64,000 nucleotides of DNA from Callorhinchus milii (GCF_018977255.1 NW_024704743.1:7938001-8002000); one strand, 5' to 3'; positions 13,090 through 24,450 are shown, counted from the stretch's first letter. Translations and numbers: made by a program. The notes: a model not told the origin generated them from the letters alone.

Positions 13090-13390
13090 TAACAATAATA
13101 AAGCTCACATTTGATATAATGCCTTAACATGTTATCGAAAGGTCTCAAACCGCTTCACAGGATCTTCTACAAGGTGAAATGACTGGATTTTGTAGGCAAA
13201 CGCGGCACCCAATTTGCACACAGCTATGATCCACACACGGCCTTGAAGTGAATGGCTAAATTTATCTGTGGAAATGTTAGCCAGCTCACCGGGAGAAACT
13301 CTCTTTTCTTTTCAAATAGTGCCGTAGGATCTTTAATGTCCACCTGAACAGCCAAAAGGGACTTCTTTGTTTTAATGTCTCGTCTGAAGG
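13090..13390 (-). mobile_element. DeuSINE fragment
   Basis: TTCAAATAGTGCCGTAGGATCTTTAATGTCCACCTGAACAG Deu core plus tail. Confidence 0.75.
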
Positions 13391-13754
13391 AAACCATTAT
13401 GTTGAACTTGAATCATCTACTCTAAAGACAAAGTAACACAGTATTGCATAGTCTGATACCTACTGGACAGCACTGTGAATTGGAACACTGCCCCCTCGCC
13501 CCCAGCTTAGTGCAGTCCAAATTATTTACTTTCCACTTTTAATGCACTGTGTTTTGGGAGGAAACAAAACAAGCGGAGGCCCTGCTCAATAATTAAATAC
13601 TCCCAGCTGCCATGACGCCTTTTGCTGAAACTTCTCAAAGCAATTTGTGGAAACAGTTACTTCAAGTAACTGTGCAATATGTAGGCAAACACAGTAGCTA
13701 ATCTGCAGGAGTACATCCCACCAACAGCAATAAATAAAATTAATCACTGAGAAT

Positions 13755-13980
13755 CAACAACAACAACTTGCCCTTGTATAGTGCCCCTCAAGCAGGGTAG
13801 CGCCCCAGAGAGCTTGACAGTGGTGGAGCATGACACCAAGCCGGGGGTGGAAGGGTGGGTGACCGTAGGCATGGTCGAAGAGGAAGGTCTTCAGGCACAA
13901 CCTGAAGATGGGGAAGGAAGGGGCAAGGCGGAGCAATAGAGGAAGAGTGTTCCAGAGTTTTGGGGCATAGTGGCTGAATT
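13755..13980 (-). mobile_element. L2 3' fragment
   Basis: HYAPKLWNTLP...LKTFLFDHAY and a (CAA)n tail. Confidence 0.8.
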
Positions 13981-14009
13981 TTGACAGGAGAGCAATGCTG
14001 GCTGGAACA

Positions 14010-14245
14010 CTGAGCAAACTCCCTGCTCTTTGCTGACTTCACCAATGCCATTGGTGATATTGAATCATTAATATCCACTTGACCAGGCAGACAGGACCTT
14101 GGTTTGATAACTCATTTGGAGCAGCACAATGGAACGCTCCACTGTCAACCTGGTTTATCAGCTCAAGTCCTGGGATGGGGCTTGAACCCACAACCATCTG
14201 ACCTGAATGGTGAATGTGTTAACCAAATGAGCCAAACTGACTCAC
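14010..14245 (-). mobile_element. DeuSINE 5' half
   Basis: Reverse complement of the tRNA head (GGGCTTGAACCCACAACC...GAGCCAA) and a Deu remnant. Confidence 0.65.
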
Positions 14246-14739
14246 CAACTTTGCACGATTGCGTCTTAACTCATGTCCACGAGAGGATGCATATTTCCCA
14301 CAAATCACCTCACACTGTACCCGAACCAATACTTCTCCAGCTCAGACTATCCAGAGAATTACCTTCAAATTTAATGATCCGAATGAACTGAAATGAATAC
14401 TGTTTGCAACATTTGGCTGTTTACAAGGTTACTGTGGTGGGCAAATGTTTACATGGGAGTGAACTGAATTCTGATGAATCACTTACACATGCACAGCATG
14501 CAAGCCATTCAGCTGAGTTGTGCCAAACACATGCACATGTCATGCAGGAGGCTTTGTAGGAGTTGTTACCAGGGCACCCCCGTTCCTACAGCTCCTGAAT
14601 CTCCTCGGTTGGTCTGGCAGCTATGAACTCTGCTCAGACACAAGTGTGCACAACGCAACTGTCACAAAAAATGTTACACCCGGGGGAAAATCAGCACCAA
14701 ATGTATTCGACTAGATTAGCTCCACAGAGTCAGCGGTTT

Positions 14740-15200
14740 ACCCAATAGAATTCTGAGTCACACACAGAGGAAATGTAAACAGAGAAAGAGAGAGAGAGAA
14801 ACAGCTGTTATGCCGAGTTAGTAATTTTCTGGCTGTGTGAATGAACAGATTTCATTTGCATCTCCTTTATGCAGGGGTCGGATCTGTGCTTTGCTCCAAC
14901 TGGAATGGATTTGAATGAAAAGGCCGTGGGTGAATGGGGCCATTGCTGCGTGTTTAATGAAGAGTGAAGTTCCTGCGGCTCCTTGGTCTGGGATTCTGAT
15001 GTCATTTGCATGCCACCGGCACTCGGCAGCTCCATTTCCTCCTTCCTCCTCTCCGCCCACTCTCTCTCCTCTCAATTCGATCCGGAAACAAAGCTTTTTC
15101 AGGGAACGGGTGTTTTTTTTTGCATTTGCAGATTTGTGAGAGTTTGTGACCTGAGCCCTGAATGAAATTATTTCTGCCTCGCAGCCAGTCCCATTCAAAA
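14740..15200. promoter_or_regulatory. Candidate intronic enhancer (octamer x2, AP-1, FOX, ETS, E-box)
   Basis: No recognisable TE. ATTTGCAT at 14854 and 15004, TGAGTCA at 14754, TGTAAACA at 14774, CAGCTG at 14802 and several GGAA cores. Motif content only. Confidence 0.4.
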
Positions 15201-16854
15201 CCCAATCGCTGGGTTTCCTATCGATTTTAATCCCTTCACACAATCCAATACAAAGTTAACTGTCTCAGAGACCAAACAGCCTATCCACACTAGATGCACA
15301 GGAAACATTCAGGAACTGCATTGTGAACATTTACAGCAGGCATCTGCCATTCAATATAGACTGGTTGAAACAGCAGGGAACTGTGCAAGCATAATACAGG
15401 CATGAGTGTATGCACACACCTTACAAAGTCCCAAGCATTGCCAGCATAGTCTTCTTCAGATGTGAAAAAAGTCACTCCTGAAGTCTAATTACTGGGATTT
15501 TTCACAGTTGGATAAACCCACAGTAATCTAAGCTGTTCTGTTAAAACGTGTCTGTCCTACTTTAAACAAAAACACAGAATAAAGATTCTAGACACTTTAT
15601 ACAGAATATTTAAAAATATTTTTTAGAACACAGGCAATTTTTCATGAATGAATTCCAAGACAAATATGATCTGAACACAAATGGCCATAATCGAACAAAA
15701 TGCAGAGTGCTGCCAGGGGAAAGCAAAGCTCGAACACAAAACAAGCTTATATCAATCAAACTCACGTCCTGAATACTTATTTGAACTTGCTATGTTTTTC
15801 CACAGGATGTAAAAAGTCTCAGAGAGCTCAACATTAATCTAGCACATTTCATAGCAAGTGTCTAAGGCAGCAGCTTTAACCAACATCAGAAATTAGTCGC
15901 TTTAATAAACCGCAAATTTTGTGCATACTAAGGGAACCTCTAAAGACATACGACCAGACAGAGGTCATCCATAATGTCTTATTAGCCTTCCTGCACTCAA
16001 AGTGCCCTGCTTTCATAACTACCAATTTTGAACAGTAATTCTTGCCAGATTAATGAAAAAGGCAATTTGATTTTTCTTTACAAAGCGGGGCGGGTAATGA
16101 ATATTGCCGGCAGCTCAACACAAGAGAGGCAGACCTGTTTTCAGCAGTGACCTCAGGGCTCCTGCATTTAACAGTGCCAGAATTCTGTACAAATTTGTCT
16201 GCAAATTATTCATTCGTTGAGAATGTACTTGAAGACAACTGCGGTGGGGCTGAAATACTCCTCACCGGATCTTTCATTGGTTTCAACCATCCTTTCGCGT
16301 GAAAATAAAGACTGTAGAAAACCTAGCTAACGACAGTACAATACTCGCAGCACAACCAGTACCGCTTCTCTCCTTGTACAACTAACTAGCAGTAGGGCTG
16401 TCAGTCACATAGCTCGGCTAAAGTGATATCAGCCTACAGGAAATTACATCCTCCTGCAGGGAAAGAGGTTGCGAAATGAATCATAATTCTATGTATCAAC
16501 CCTCAGCTATCCCACAGAGGCATCACAATTACTGCAAATGCCTAGTCACAGGGGCGAGCGACCGCACGCCAAAAATGAGCGACTTTTTTGTTAAACAAAA
16601 ACAATAAAAACAACCAGTGTACCAGCAGCTGGAAAGCCAACAAACAGAGAGGCCTCCCAGCTTAGGAAACACTCACAGGTCAATCAATTCGCTAAACTGC
16701 TCCCAGATTTCTTGCCGTGTAATTGATTTTGAATCGAACTGAAGTTGCTCGACATGGCCTCTCGTGTATTTAAAAAGCCATCAATACCAACCCGACTTTA
16801 ACCAAACTTGTCCTGGAATTTCAATGCTTTCTCAACATTCCCGCGTTTCAATGA

Positions 16855-17095
16855 TAACAACAATAACTCCTTTCACGTTGGGAGGATGTCCCAAGGTGCT
16901 GGACAGTTAAGGATTTGCACAACTAGGGGTTGGGATCAGGAAGGGTGGAGGGCGGGGAGGTTGGGGTTAGGAGGATGACCGAAGGCGCGGTCGAAGAGGA
17001 ACATCCTGAGGTGGGCCTTGAAGGAGGCAAGGGAGGGGGCAAGGAGAAAGGTCTGTGGGATGGAGCGCCAATGTTGGGGGCAGCAGGGTAGGGAA
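16855..17095 (-). mobile_element. L2 3' fragment ~20 bp from the exon B donor
   Basis: L2 tail stem-loop and the G-rich antisense of the 3'UTR. Confidence 0.75.
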
Positions 17096-17115
17096 TGGTG
17101 GTGTAATATACCAAC

Positions 17116-17213
17116 TTGATCTCATTCTGAAGAAGCACTCTCTCGCCGAGTTCATCGGGACACATTCTGGAATGTTCTCTCACACCGGAGTCATCTTTTG
17201 GCAATTTTAAATC
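17116..17213 (-). CDS. Internal coding exon B (98 nt, phase 0->2): DLKLPKDDSGVREHSRMCPDELGERVLLQNEI(K)
   Basis: Acceptor ctcttatctgcag| and donor AA|gttggt. Phase-compatible with both flanking exons. An alternative GT lies 4 nt further on. Confidence 0.75.
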
Positions 17214-17544
17214 CTGCAGATAAGAGCATAATATCATAATGACGTCTTCTACCACAGAGGTGCTATCTGGGTAGTCAAGCTGATCATCACCTTTCAATGG
17301 GATCAGTCTTCGTAACTCAATGTTGCATTCGCCATTTCTTTTTACCCATTGTCCTCGGGCACCTTGGTGCTGGGACGTGGGCCCGTGACCTCACCTGGTC
17401 AGTTCCTCATCTGGACAAGTCTAGGGCATTGGGATGAGGGCAGAAGCTGGGCAGAGGAAGGGTGGAAGAGAAAGCTAAGCAAAGGAATGAGAGAGAATAA
17501 GGAAATGTTTTATATTGTGCACTGCCCCCCCACCACCCCACCAG

Positions 17545-18055
17545 CTGCTTATCCGGCTAGAATCACCCTACCCTAGGGATTTGGCTTGCAGGAGCTGAAT
17601 GGGACGACTCCCTGCCATCAGTGACTGGTCTGCCCTTCCAACTCCTGCCAATGATCCAGACCCGCTGTGCTGTCATCAGCAGTGCTCTGTAATACTGCAC
17701 ACCCGCCTGGCTCAGGAATCGGACTAGAGACCGCCACAGAGGGCTGGCTAGATTCTGACATTCCGTTGCCAAACATGTCACCTTAGAGCCAGTTCAGTTT
17801 CAAGGACACCCTGCTTACCTCCCCTCCAAGGAGGATAATCATTTTATGCACCATCCAGTTGAACAATCAATCCTCCTCCTTCCATCCATTGACCGTTCCT
17901 TGCTAATGAATTCCAGGGAGAGAAAAGCATTCCATTCCTAACACAGGGAAATGTCCACATGTAGGGGCATACACATGTGTAATTCGCAAGTCTGCTTCGG
18001 ATACATTTAAGCATGGTGAAGGCTTTCCGCATGTGTCAGGCACTCGGCTGTTCAA
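17545..18055. mobile_element. Family X: inverted 5' portion (17545-17835, minus) plus 3' portion (~17915-18055, plus)
   Basis: The first part aligns with 22805-23100. The second part matches the family 3' end (AAGCATGGTGAAGGCTTTCCGCATGTGTCAGGCAC). Confidence 0.65.
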
Positions 18056-18424
18056 AACAAAACCTCCCTGGTACTTCCCTTGGGGAACCTGGCAAGGGCA
18101 GAAAATCACCATTAACAGGGAAACTTGTGGAGGGAATGAACTTGTATTGTTACCACACTTTCCAGTAATTAATGGCGAGTATCGTGAATGCTTTATTTTG
18201 TAGGCAAATATGACAGCCACAAACAACCACAAAGCAAATGAGTAATATATCTGTATCAGGGAGACCTGGGTTTAACTTCCCATCAGAAGACAATGCGGTG
18301 CTCCCTCAGTACTGCACTGGACAAACAACCTGGAGTATGAGCTCAAGTGCTGATTCCTGCTCGGTCGATCTTCCTTGCTGAAATCTCCTTCTTCTCCTTC
18401 CTCTCCTATTACTCCCGTCACAAG

Positions 18425-18830
18425 CCCCACACCCCCAATCGGGTGAGGACATGAGCTGCAGAGTTCTGGATGATCTGCAGCTTGTGGAGGGAAGAGTTGG
18501 GGAGGCCGACAAGGAGGGAGCTTCTATAGTCGAGCCTTGAGGTGACGAATGCGTGCATGAGGGTTTCAGCGGTCTGAGGGGTGAGGCAGTGGCGGAGTCG
18601 GGTAATGTTGCGGAGGTGGGGAAAGGCAGAGTGGGTCGTGGCATGGATACAGGGCAAAAGGACAATTGAGGGTCGAATGGTTCCTGACTGGCTTAGTGAG
18701 GTGAAGTGTGCAACCATGGATGCCAATGCTACCAGTGCCTGAGGTGCAGAGGCACTAGCCCGAGTCAATCAGGACAGCCTCGGACTCGCTGCCATTCAGC
18801 TGTAGAAAGTTAGCTCTCATCCAGGAAATA
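18425..18830 (-). mobile_element. L2 ORF2 fragment
   Basis: HLRNITRLRHCLTPQTAETLMHAFVTSRLDY...QNSAAHVL. Confidence 0.85.
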
Positions 18831-19614
18831 GTGTGGTTGTTATGCTATATATTAAAAGAATTATTACTACAAGTTTATTTTGCCATGATTTTTTCATATT
18901 TTAGCAAAACCTTTTGCCTACAAAATGGCCGACTTCCAGATCTTAAAACTTGCAATTATATAAAAAGAAAATACGTTTAGGAATTTATTTTTCTCAATTT
19001 GGAGAAAATTGGAAACCCCGACAAATACCCAATAAAATCGGAATCTATCACGTTATATATAGTCATATATATGAGAACTATAATCATTCACAGAATTAAT
19101 ACTCTTGTCCGTTTTTTTTGGCTCCTTCTCTTTAGTCACAGTTCTGTCAATTTCTTTTTCAATTACACAAAGTACTGCAGAAGCCATGGTTATTTTAAGA
19201 TGCAAAGAAGTTGAAAGTGCAGCCGACAGCAAGCAGGAGCCCCGAGGAAATATGACAGGAACATTTTTTTTTGTAATTAAGGTGAAGATGTGATGCACAA
19301 GAATGTCTGAACAATATGCAGTGTGTGTCAAAGTGAGATTACTGCTTTAATTCTGAAGCCAACTAGTACCTGACACGACCCACACTCAATTTCTTCATGC
19401 CTGTCATCTGCTTGTGTAATATTAATATGAAGGGAAGCTCAAGACAAGATTAATACAATTATTTGGACAACGAAACCCTTATCCTCAATGGAAATAAATC
19501 CACTGGTGGTTATCCCCTCAGCATCTCATGACTACCTGCAGAAGATAGGGTGGGAGCTAAACATTAAACATGGCAGCCAGTTGCACAGCAGGATGGATCC
19601 CACAAACAGTCAAT

Positions 19615-19745
19615 CATAGAATCTTACAGCACAGAAGGAGACCATTCGGCCCATTGTGTCTGTGCAGGGTCTTTGAAAGAGCTAACCAACTAGTCCCACT
19701 CCCCCGCTCTTACCCCATAGCCCTGCGTATTTTTACTTTTCAATA
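19615..19745 (-). mobile_element. CR1 LINE 3' end
   Basis: TCATAGAATCTTACAGCACAGAAGGAGACCATTCGGCCC is the reverse complement of the CR1 (ATTCTATG) terminus. Confidence 0.75.
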
Positions 19746-20752
19746 AGTGATTAACCAATTTATCTGTAGGTTTGTTTCCTGGGGGAAATTCCCTTCCCTT
19801 TCTGAATAGTATTTGGGGATTTTCAAAGGCCACCTGAAGCAGCTGGGACTTTGGCTTAAAGTCTCATCCAAAAGACTGGATCTCCAACAATACAACTGGA
19901 CTGTTAGTTGCAGAGACAATGAGCTCAAGTTGCAACAAAGGATTTGAACCCACAAAACCTTCTGTGACCCATACAATACAAATTTACATGTATATAGCGC
20001 CTTTCACATCAGGACATCCCCATAACACTTAACAGTGCTGGCTGGGGTGTGAGCTGAAGAGGTTGGGGATAGGAAAGATGACCAAAAGTGGGTCAAACAG
20101 GTCCTTAGATGGACCTTGAAGGAGGTGAGGAAGGAAGCCAGTTGGAGGGGCTCTGGGATGGAGTTGCAGAGAGTGAGGGCAGATAGGCTGAAAGCCCGCC
20201 TGCCAATGATAGGCAGGATGGGGCGGGTGGATGTGAAGTAGGACGGTACTTGCTGAGCGAAGTGAACAACTGGGTCAATAAGAGTAATATCATAGGCAAG
20301 AGTATTACCAATGGTTAGGGGAAGAAACCTGGAGGAAATCCCTCTTTTTGTTGTTTGACTATTTAGAGTTAGTGTAACACAATCAGTAAATGCTTCAAAA
20401 GCCCAAGAAATGTAGCAAGGAGCTAGGGGGCAGAAACCAAGAAACTAGTTGCCATGGCAAATTTTATAATGTATTTACTTAATTACGTTTTTTTTAAATA
20501 ACCAAACTAATTTGTAGTCTTTTCTGTTGTAATTAATATTTTCCTGCTTCAAGCCAGAGAAGAAATGAAATGTTCCACTTTATTCCTCTATTATTCCTCC
20601 TATAAAAGAAAGGTGGGGATGGGGGATTCCCTCAGTGTATGGTGTCATGGTCAACAATCCTCCAGATAAATCGGATACTTGACTGGATATTACTGTGCTA
20701 CTTTGTTTGCCCACATACATACAGGCCTTGACAGCAATTCTCCATGAAGGGC

Positions 20753-21015
20753 TTTGACCGTGCCTTCAGCTCCCCTCTCGACTCTCTTCCCCCTCCTCGC
20801 TCCCTCCCTTCCCTCACCCTGACCATTTCCCCCTCCTCGCTCCCTCCCTTCCCTCACCCTGACCATTTCCCCCCTCCTCGCTCCCTCCCTTCCCTCCCCT
20901 CACCCTGACCATTTCCCCCCTGCTCGGGTCATGACCCAACTGTACAGCGCCTTGGGACGTCCTCCTGACGTCAAAGGCGCTTTATAAATGGAATCTTGTT
21001 GTTGTTGTTGTTGTT
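20753..21015 (+). mobile_element. Young L2 3'UTR with an internal ~40-bp triplication
   Basis: Nearly identical to 7950-8132 and 50895-51078, but CCCCCTCCTCGCTCCCTCCCTTCCCTC(...)ACCCTGACCATTT occurs three times. Confidence 0.9.
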
Positions 21016-21079
21016 TGTGACATTTCAGCGTTATAGGTGCTCCATCAAATCCAAGGATTATTATTATTGAACTGCTTAC

Positions 21080-21168
21080 CTGAAAAACTGTATCTTTCTT
21101 TAAAAATTCTTCTTCGCTTTCTTTAGAGGAGCCATTCGGATCTTCAGTCATTGATATCTGTCCTTCAG
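21080..21168 (-). CDS. Internal coding exon A (89 nt, phase 1->0): (x)EGQISMTEDPNGSSKESEEEFLKKDTVFQ
   Basis: Acceptor cctcttattgcag|, strong donor CAG|gtaagc, open frame, purine-rich exon-like composition. Confidence 0.8.
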
Positions 21169-21973
21169 CTGCAATAAGAGGTAAGGAACCAGTTATTATA
21201 AGGTTGAGGATAAAATGTTTGTCTTTCATTCAGCCAGAAACTTAAGCAAATAGAAGTATGTAAATAGTGAGGATTCTCCCTTCTCCCCATGTCAGGACAG
21301 GACAGCATTGTGAAGAGTAATCTTAGGAGGAAACATTTATTTTTAAGAAGGTAATTAACATCTCAAACAGATTATCTACTGGGAAGTGTAGTTGAAGCCA
21401 GGACAATGGACTCATTCGAGAAACAGTTTGATAAATAAATAATAAACCTTGCAATTGATATAGTGCCTTTCACGTCAGAAGGCCGTCTAAAAGCGCTTCA
21501 CGAGATCTTACTGTAAAGTATAGAGACTGTGTATTTTGCAGGCAAACCAGTCAGTCAATTTGCACACAGCAATATCCCACAAACAACCATAAGATTAATG
21601 GCTGATTTTATTTGGGAGATTGTCGACCAGGACACAGGGAGAAAGTCCCTTCTCTAAAATTGATTGCAATGCATCCTCCAACATAACCCACCTGATCCAC
21701 ACATGTTTGTCGCGTTTAGATATAAACTTCTATTGGCCCCAACCAAGGCAGGTACAGTAATTTTCCTTAGTATTCCCATATACTGAGCCAGGATCACTGC
21801 CCCAGACCCACTGCAAGAGCAAATTCTAGCAACACATAGACCTTCCCTTCTCAGGTACTGCAGTGACATTCTGGTGAGAGCAAATGGTTCTCACCATACA
21901 CATCATTATTCTGCAGTACATCCCTTACTGAACCAAAATGGTTATATCCTTTTGCCACACCCATTAATCCTGT

Positions 21974-22165
21974 GGAGTCCTCTAATGTAGTGGTTAGCAT
22001 GCTCTCCTCATAAGCGAGAGGACCTGGATTAGATTCCCAGGCAGGGTGAAACCTTAGGCAATTTTCCTTACTCTACACGCCTCTGTTTACCCAGCAGTAA
22101 GTAGAAATCCAGTTGTTAGTCGATTGGTGGACCGCTTTCTGGGGATAATAGTCCCTTGAAAAAAA
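21974..22165 (+). mobile_element. tRNA-derived SINE, long form, 5' half
   Basis: GGAGTCC...TAGTGGTTAGC head and central GAAACCTTAGGCAA...GTTTACCCAGCAGTAAGTAG domain. Confidence 0.7.
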
Positions 22166-22484
22166 TTAACCAGGTTAGCTTTCGCCCTACTATTGAAGCA
22201 ACACATTTCTCTGAAATGCAAAGGCACAGAATATTCCAGCACTCTTCCTCTCTCCCCTTTTCTCTGCCCGAGACTGTGTCACTATGTGCTTGTGTACTTT
22301 AGCTGAAATGTAAATTTATTCACATAATTTGCTGAACCAGGTCTGCAGCAGCTCACATCAGACCGTGAGAAATCTGATGCCCATTAGGTCCTCTGAATCT
22401 TTCTCTGCTTTCAACAACCAACTAGGGTTTTGTTATGAATCGTGTGCTCTCACTGCAGAAATCACCTATCCATACCCTCCCCAT

Positions 22485-23100
22485 TAATTTGGGGTCAGCT
22501 GGGTGTCTGACACATGTGGAAACCCATCACCATGCTTAAGAGTATCTAAACCAAGCTGAGATTTTCATGTATCCCACCTACACATGGAAATCCCAGAGAT
22601 AGATTGTTGGAATGGAATGCGAACTCTCTCCCTGGAGGGACACAACCCGTTTACCTAATTCTGGAAAGTATTAGGCACAGGTTGGCAAGAGCCAAGGCTT
22701 GGGGACCGCAGAGTGTGGGTTGGCGTAACTGCTGGAGTCTAACCAGCTAAAACTGCATAGCTTGCCATTGATATTGCTGTCCAGCAAGCTTTCCTGCTAC
22801 TTGACCAGCTAGAATCACTCTAACCGCTAGGGATTTGGCTTTCAGGGTTAAAAGGAGTTGAGTGGGATGACTCCCTGCCATCAGTGACTGTTCTGCCCTT
22901 CCAGGCCCTGCCGGTGAGCCAGGCTGGGCTGTGCTGTCATCAGCACTGCCCTGGAATACTACAGATATGTCTGGTTCAGGAACCGGACTAGAGACCAGCA
23001 CAGATGGCTGACTCAATTCTGATATTCCAATGCCAGGCATGTCACCTTGGAGCCAGTTCAGCTCCAACGAGACCCCACTTAACTTCGCCCCTCCCCCAGG
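22485..23100 (-). mobile_element. Longest copy (~620 bp) of unclassified family X
   Basis: Homologous to 11075-11490, 17545-18055, 26408-26470, 35690-35885, 46505-46812, 49480-49725 and 52707-52913. Confidence 0.75.
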
Positions 23101-23134
23101 AGAGTAGTTCTTTACAAGGTTCAAAAGCATAGAA

Positions 23135-23500
23135 CACAGGCCCTCCTGATTGGTGCATGTTAGCGCCTCCACACCTCAGGCACTGGCAGCATCACCTCCA
23201 TGGATACACACTTCACCACACTGAGCCAGTCCGGAACCGTGGCACCCAGACCCGAGCTGGTGGTTAGCATCAGGAGTGGTGGAGGGCAGGGAGGGTAGGG
23301 GTAGGAAGCAAAGGCATGGTCAAAGAGGAGGGTCTTGAGATGGGACTTGAAGGAGGTAAGGGAGAGAGCAAGATGAAAGGACTGTGGAATGGAGTTCCAG
23401 AGGGTGGCTGTAGAAAGGCTGAAGGCCTGACTGCTGATGGTGGGGTGAATAGGACAGAGGACGTGTAGCAGGCCAGAGCCCACCAAACCAGGACAGCAGA
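23135..23500 (-). mobile_element. L2 fragments
   Basis: TLWNSIPQSFHL...FKSHLKTLLFDHAF. Confidence 0.75.
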
Positions 23501-24116
23501 GTATAGTACAGTGGTGTACAGAGCACAGAACCTGCATCCCCACAGAAAAATCTGGTTGTAAACAGTTACAAAGCCTTAAACTACAGAACAATTGGAGGGA
23601 GGGAGGGAGGGAGGGAGACTAAAACAGGTGTGAAAACATGATGTCTTGATCAAAAGCATATGTTGTCTCACTCAAACCTTCCTAAATGCTAGTCCTCTAT
23701 CCAAGTGCTTTCTGTGGTTCCAGTGTTACACTGAGTTCTGCAGGCTATAAATTACCCCTACTTAAAAACAACAAGGGGAGAATGTGAGTCAGATTTTCAA
23801 CAGAACAGTTTGTAATATCTCCCTTCCCAAATGAAGTATGTTACAGTCAGAAGTTCCACAAGGTTCTGATCAAAAGAGCCTGGGAGCAGGTTAGCTTCAC
23901 GAGTGAGATACAAGTTATGTCACACAATCTTCCCCGTTTATACCGACCATACTTTAAAAAGTTAATCAGATAAAGAGGTAAATAATGGATGTGTTTAATG
24001 GTGCACCATATTGCCCCTGTGGTTTTGTACAGCGCACCTGGCTGGAGTGATAAGGCGCCAGTGGCAATGGGAACAGTTATGAGAGTGCACAGGCTCTGTG
24101 CACGTTACACTATCCT

Positions 24117-24450
24117 ATAATAATAATAATAATCCTTGCATTTTGATATAGAGCTTTTCACGTCAGGAGGAGGTCCCAAAGCGCTTCACAGAATATACTG
24201 TAAAGTGAATTGACTGTATATATTTGTGGGCGAACGCGGCAGCCAATTGCGCACAGCAATGTCCCACAAACAGTCATGGATTGAAAATGACCAATTTTTA
24301 TTATTGTTTTTTTTTGTTTTTTGGAGGGATTATTATTAGGCTCTGTGTGGAGTAAGGAAACTTGCCCAAGGTTTCGCCCTCTGCCTGGAATTGAACTCAG
24401 GTGTCTCGCTTGCAAAGCGAGTGCTCTAACCACTGAGCTACAGGACTCCA
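24117..24450 (-). mobile_element. tRNA-Ala-like SINE, young short subfamily
   Basis: A box TAGCTCAGTGG, anticodon arm CTCGC-TTTGCAA-GCGAG, B box GAGTTCAATTCC, L2-type stem-loop and (ATT)n tail. Near-identical to 41970-42296 and 47766-48082. Confidence 0.9.

Noticed and set aside
24370..24450. tRNA-Ala gene (also at 42220-42296, 48010-48082 and 55489-55560)
   Set aside because: A/B boxes and an anticodon arm are present, but the acceptor stem is not intact and the sequence runs into a SINE body and tail.
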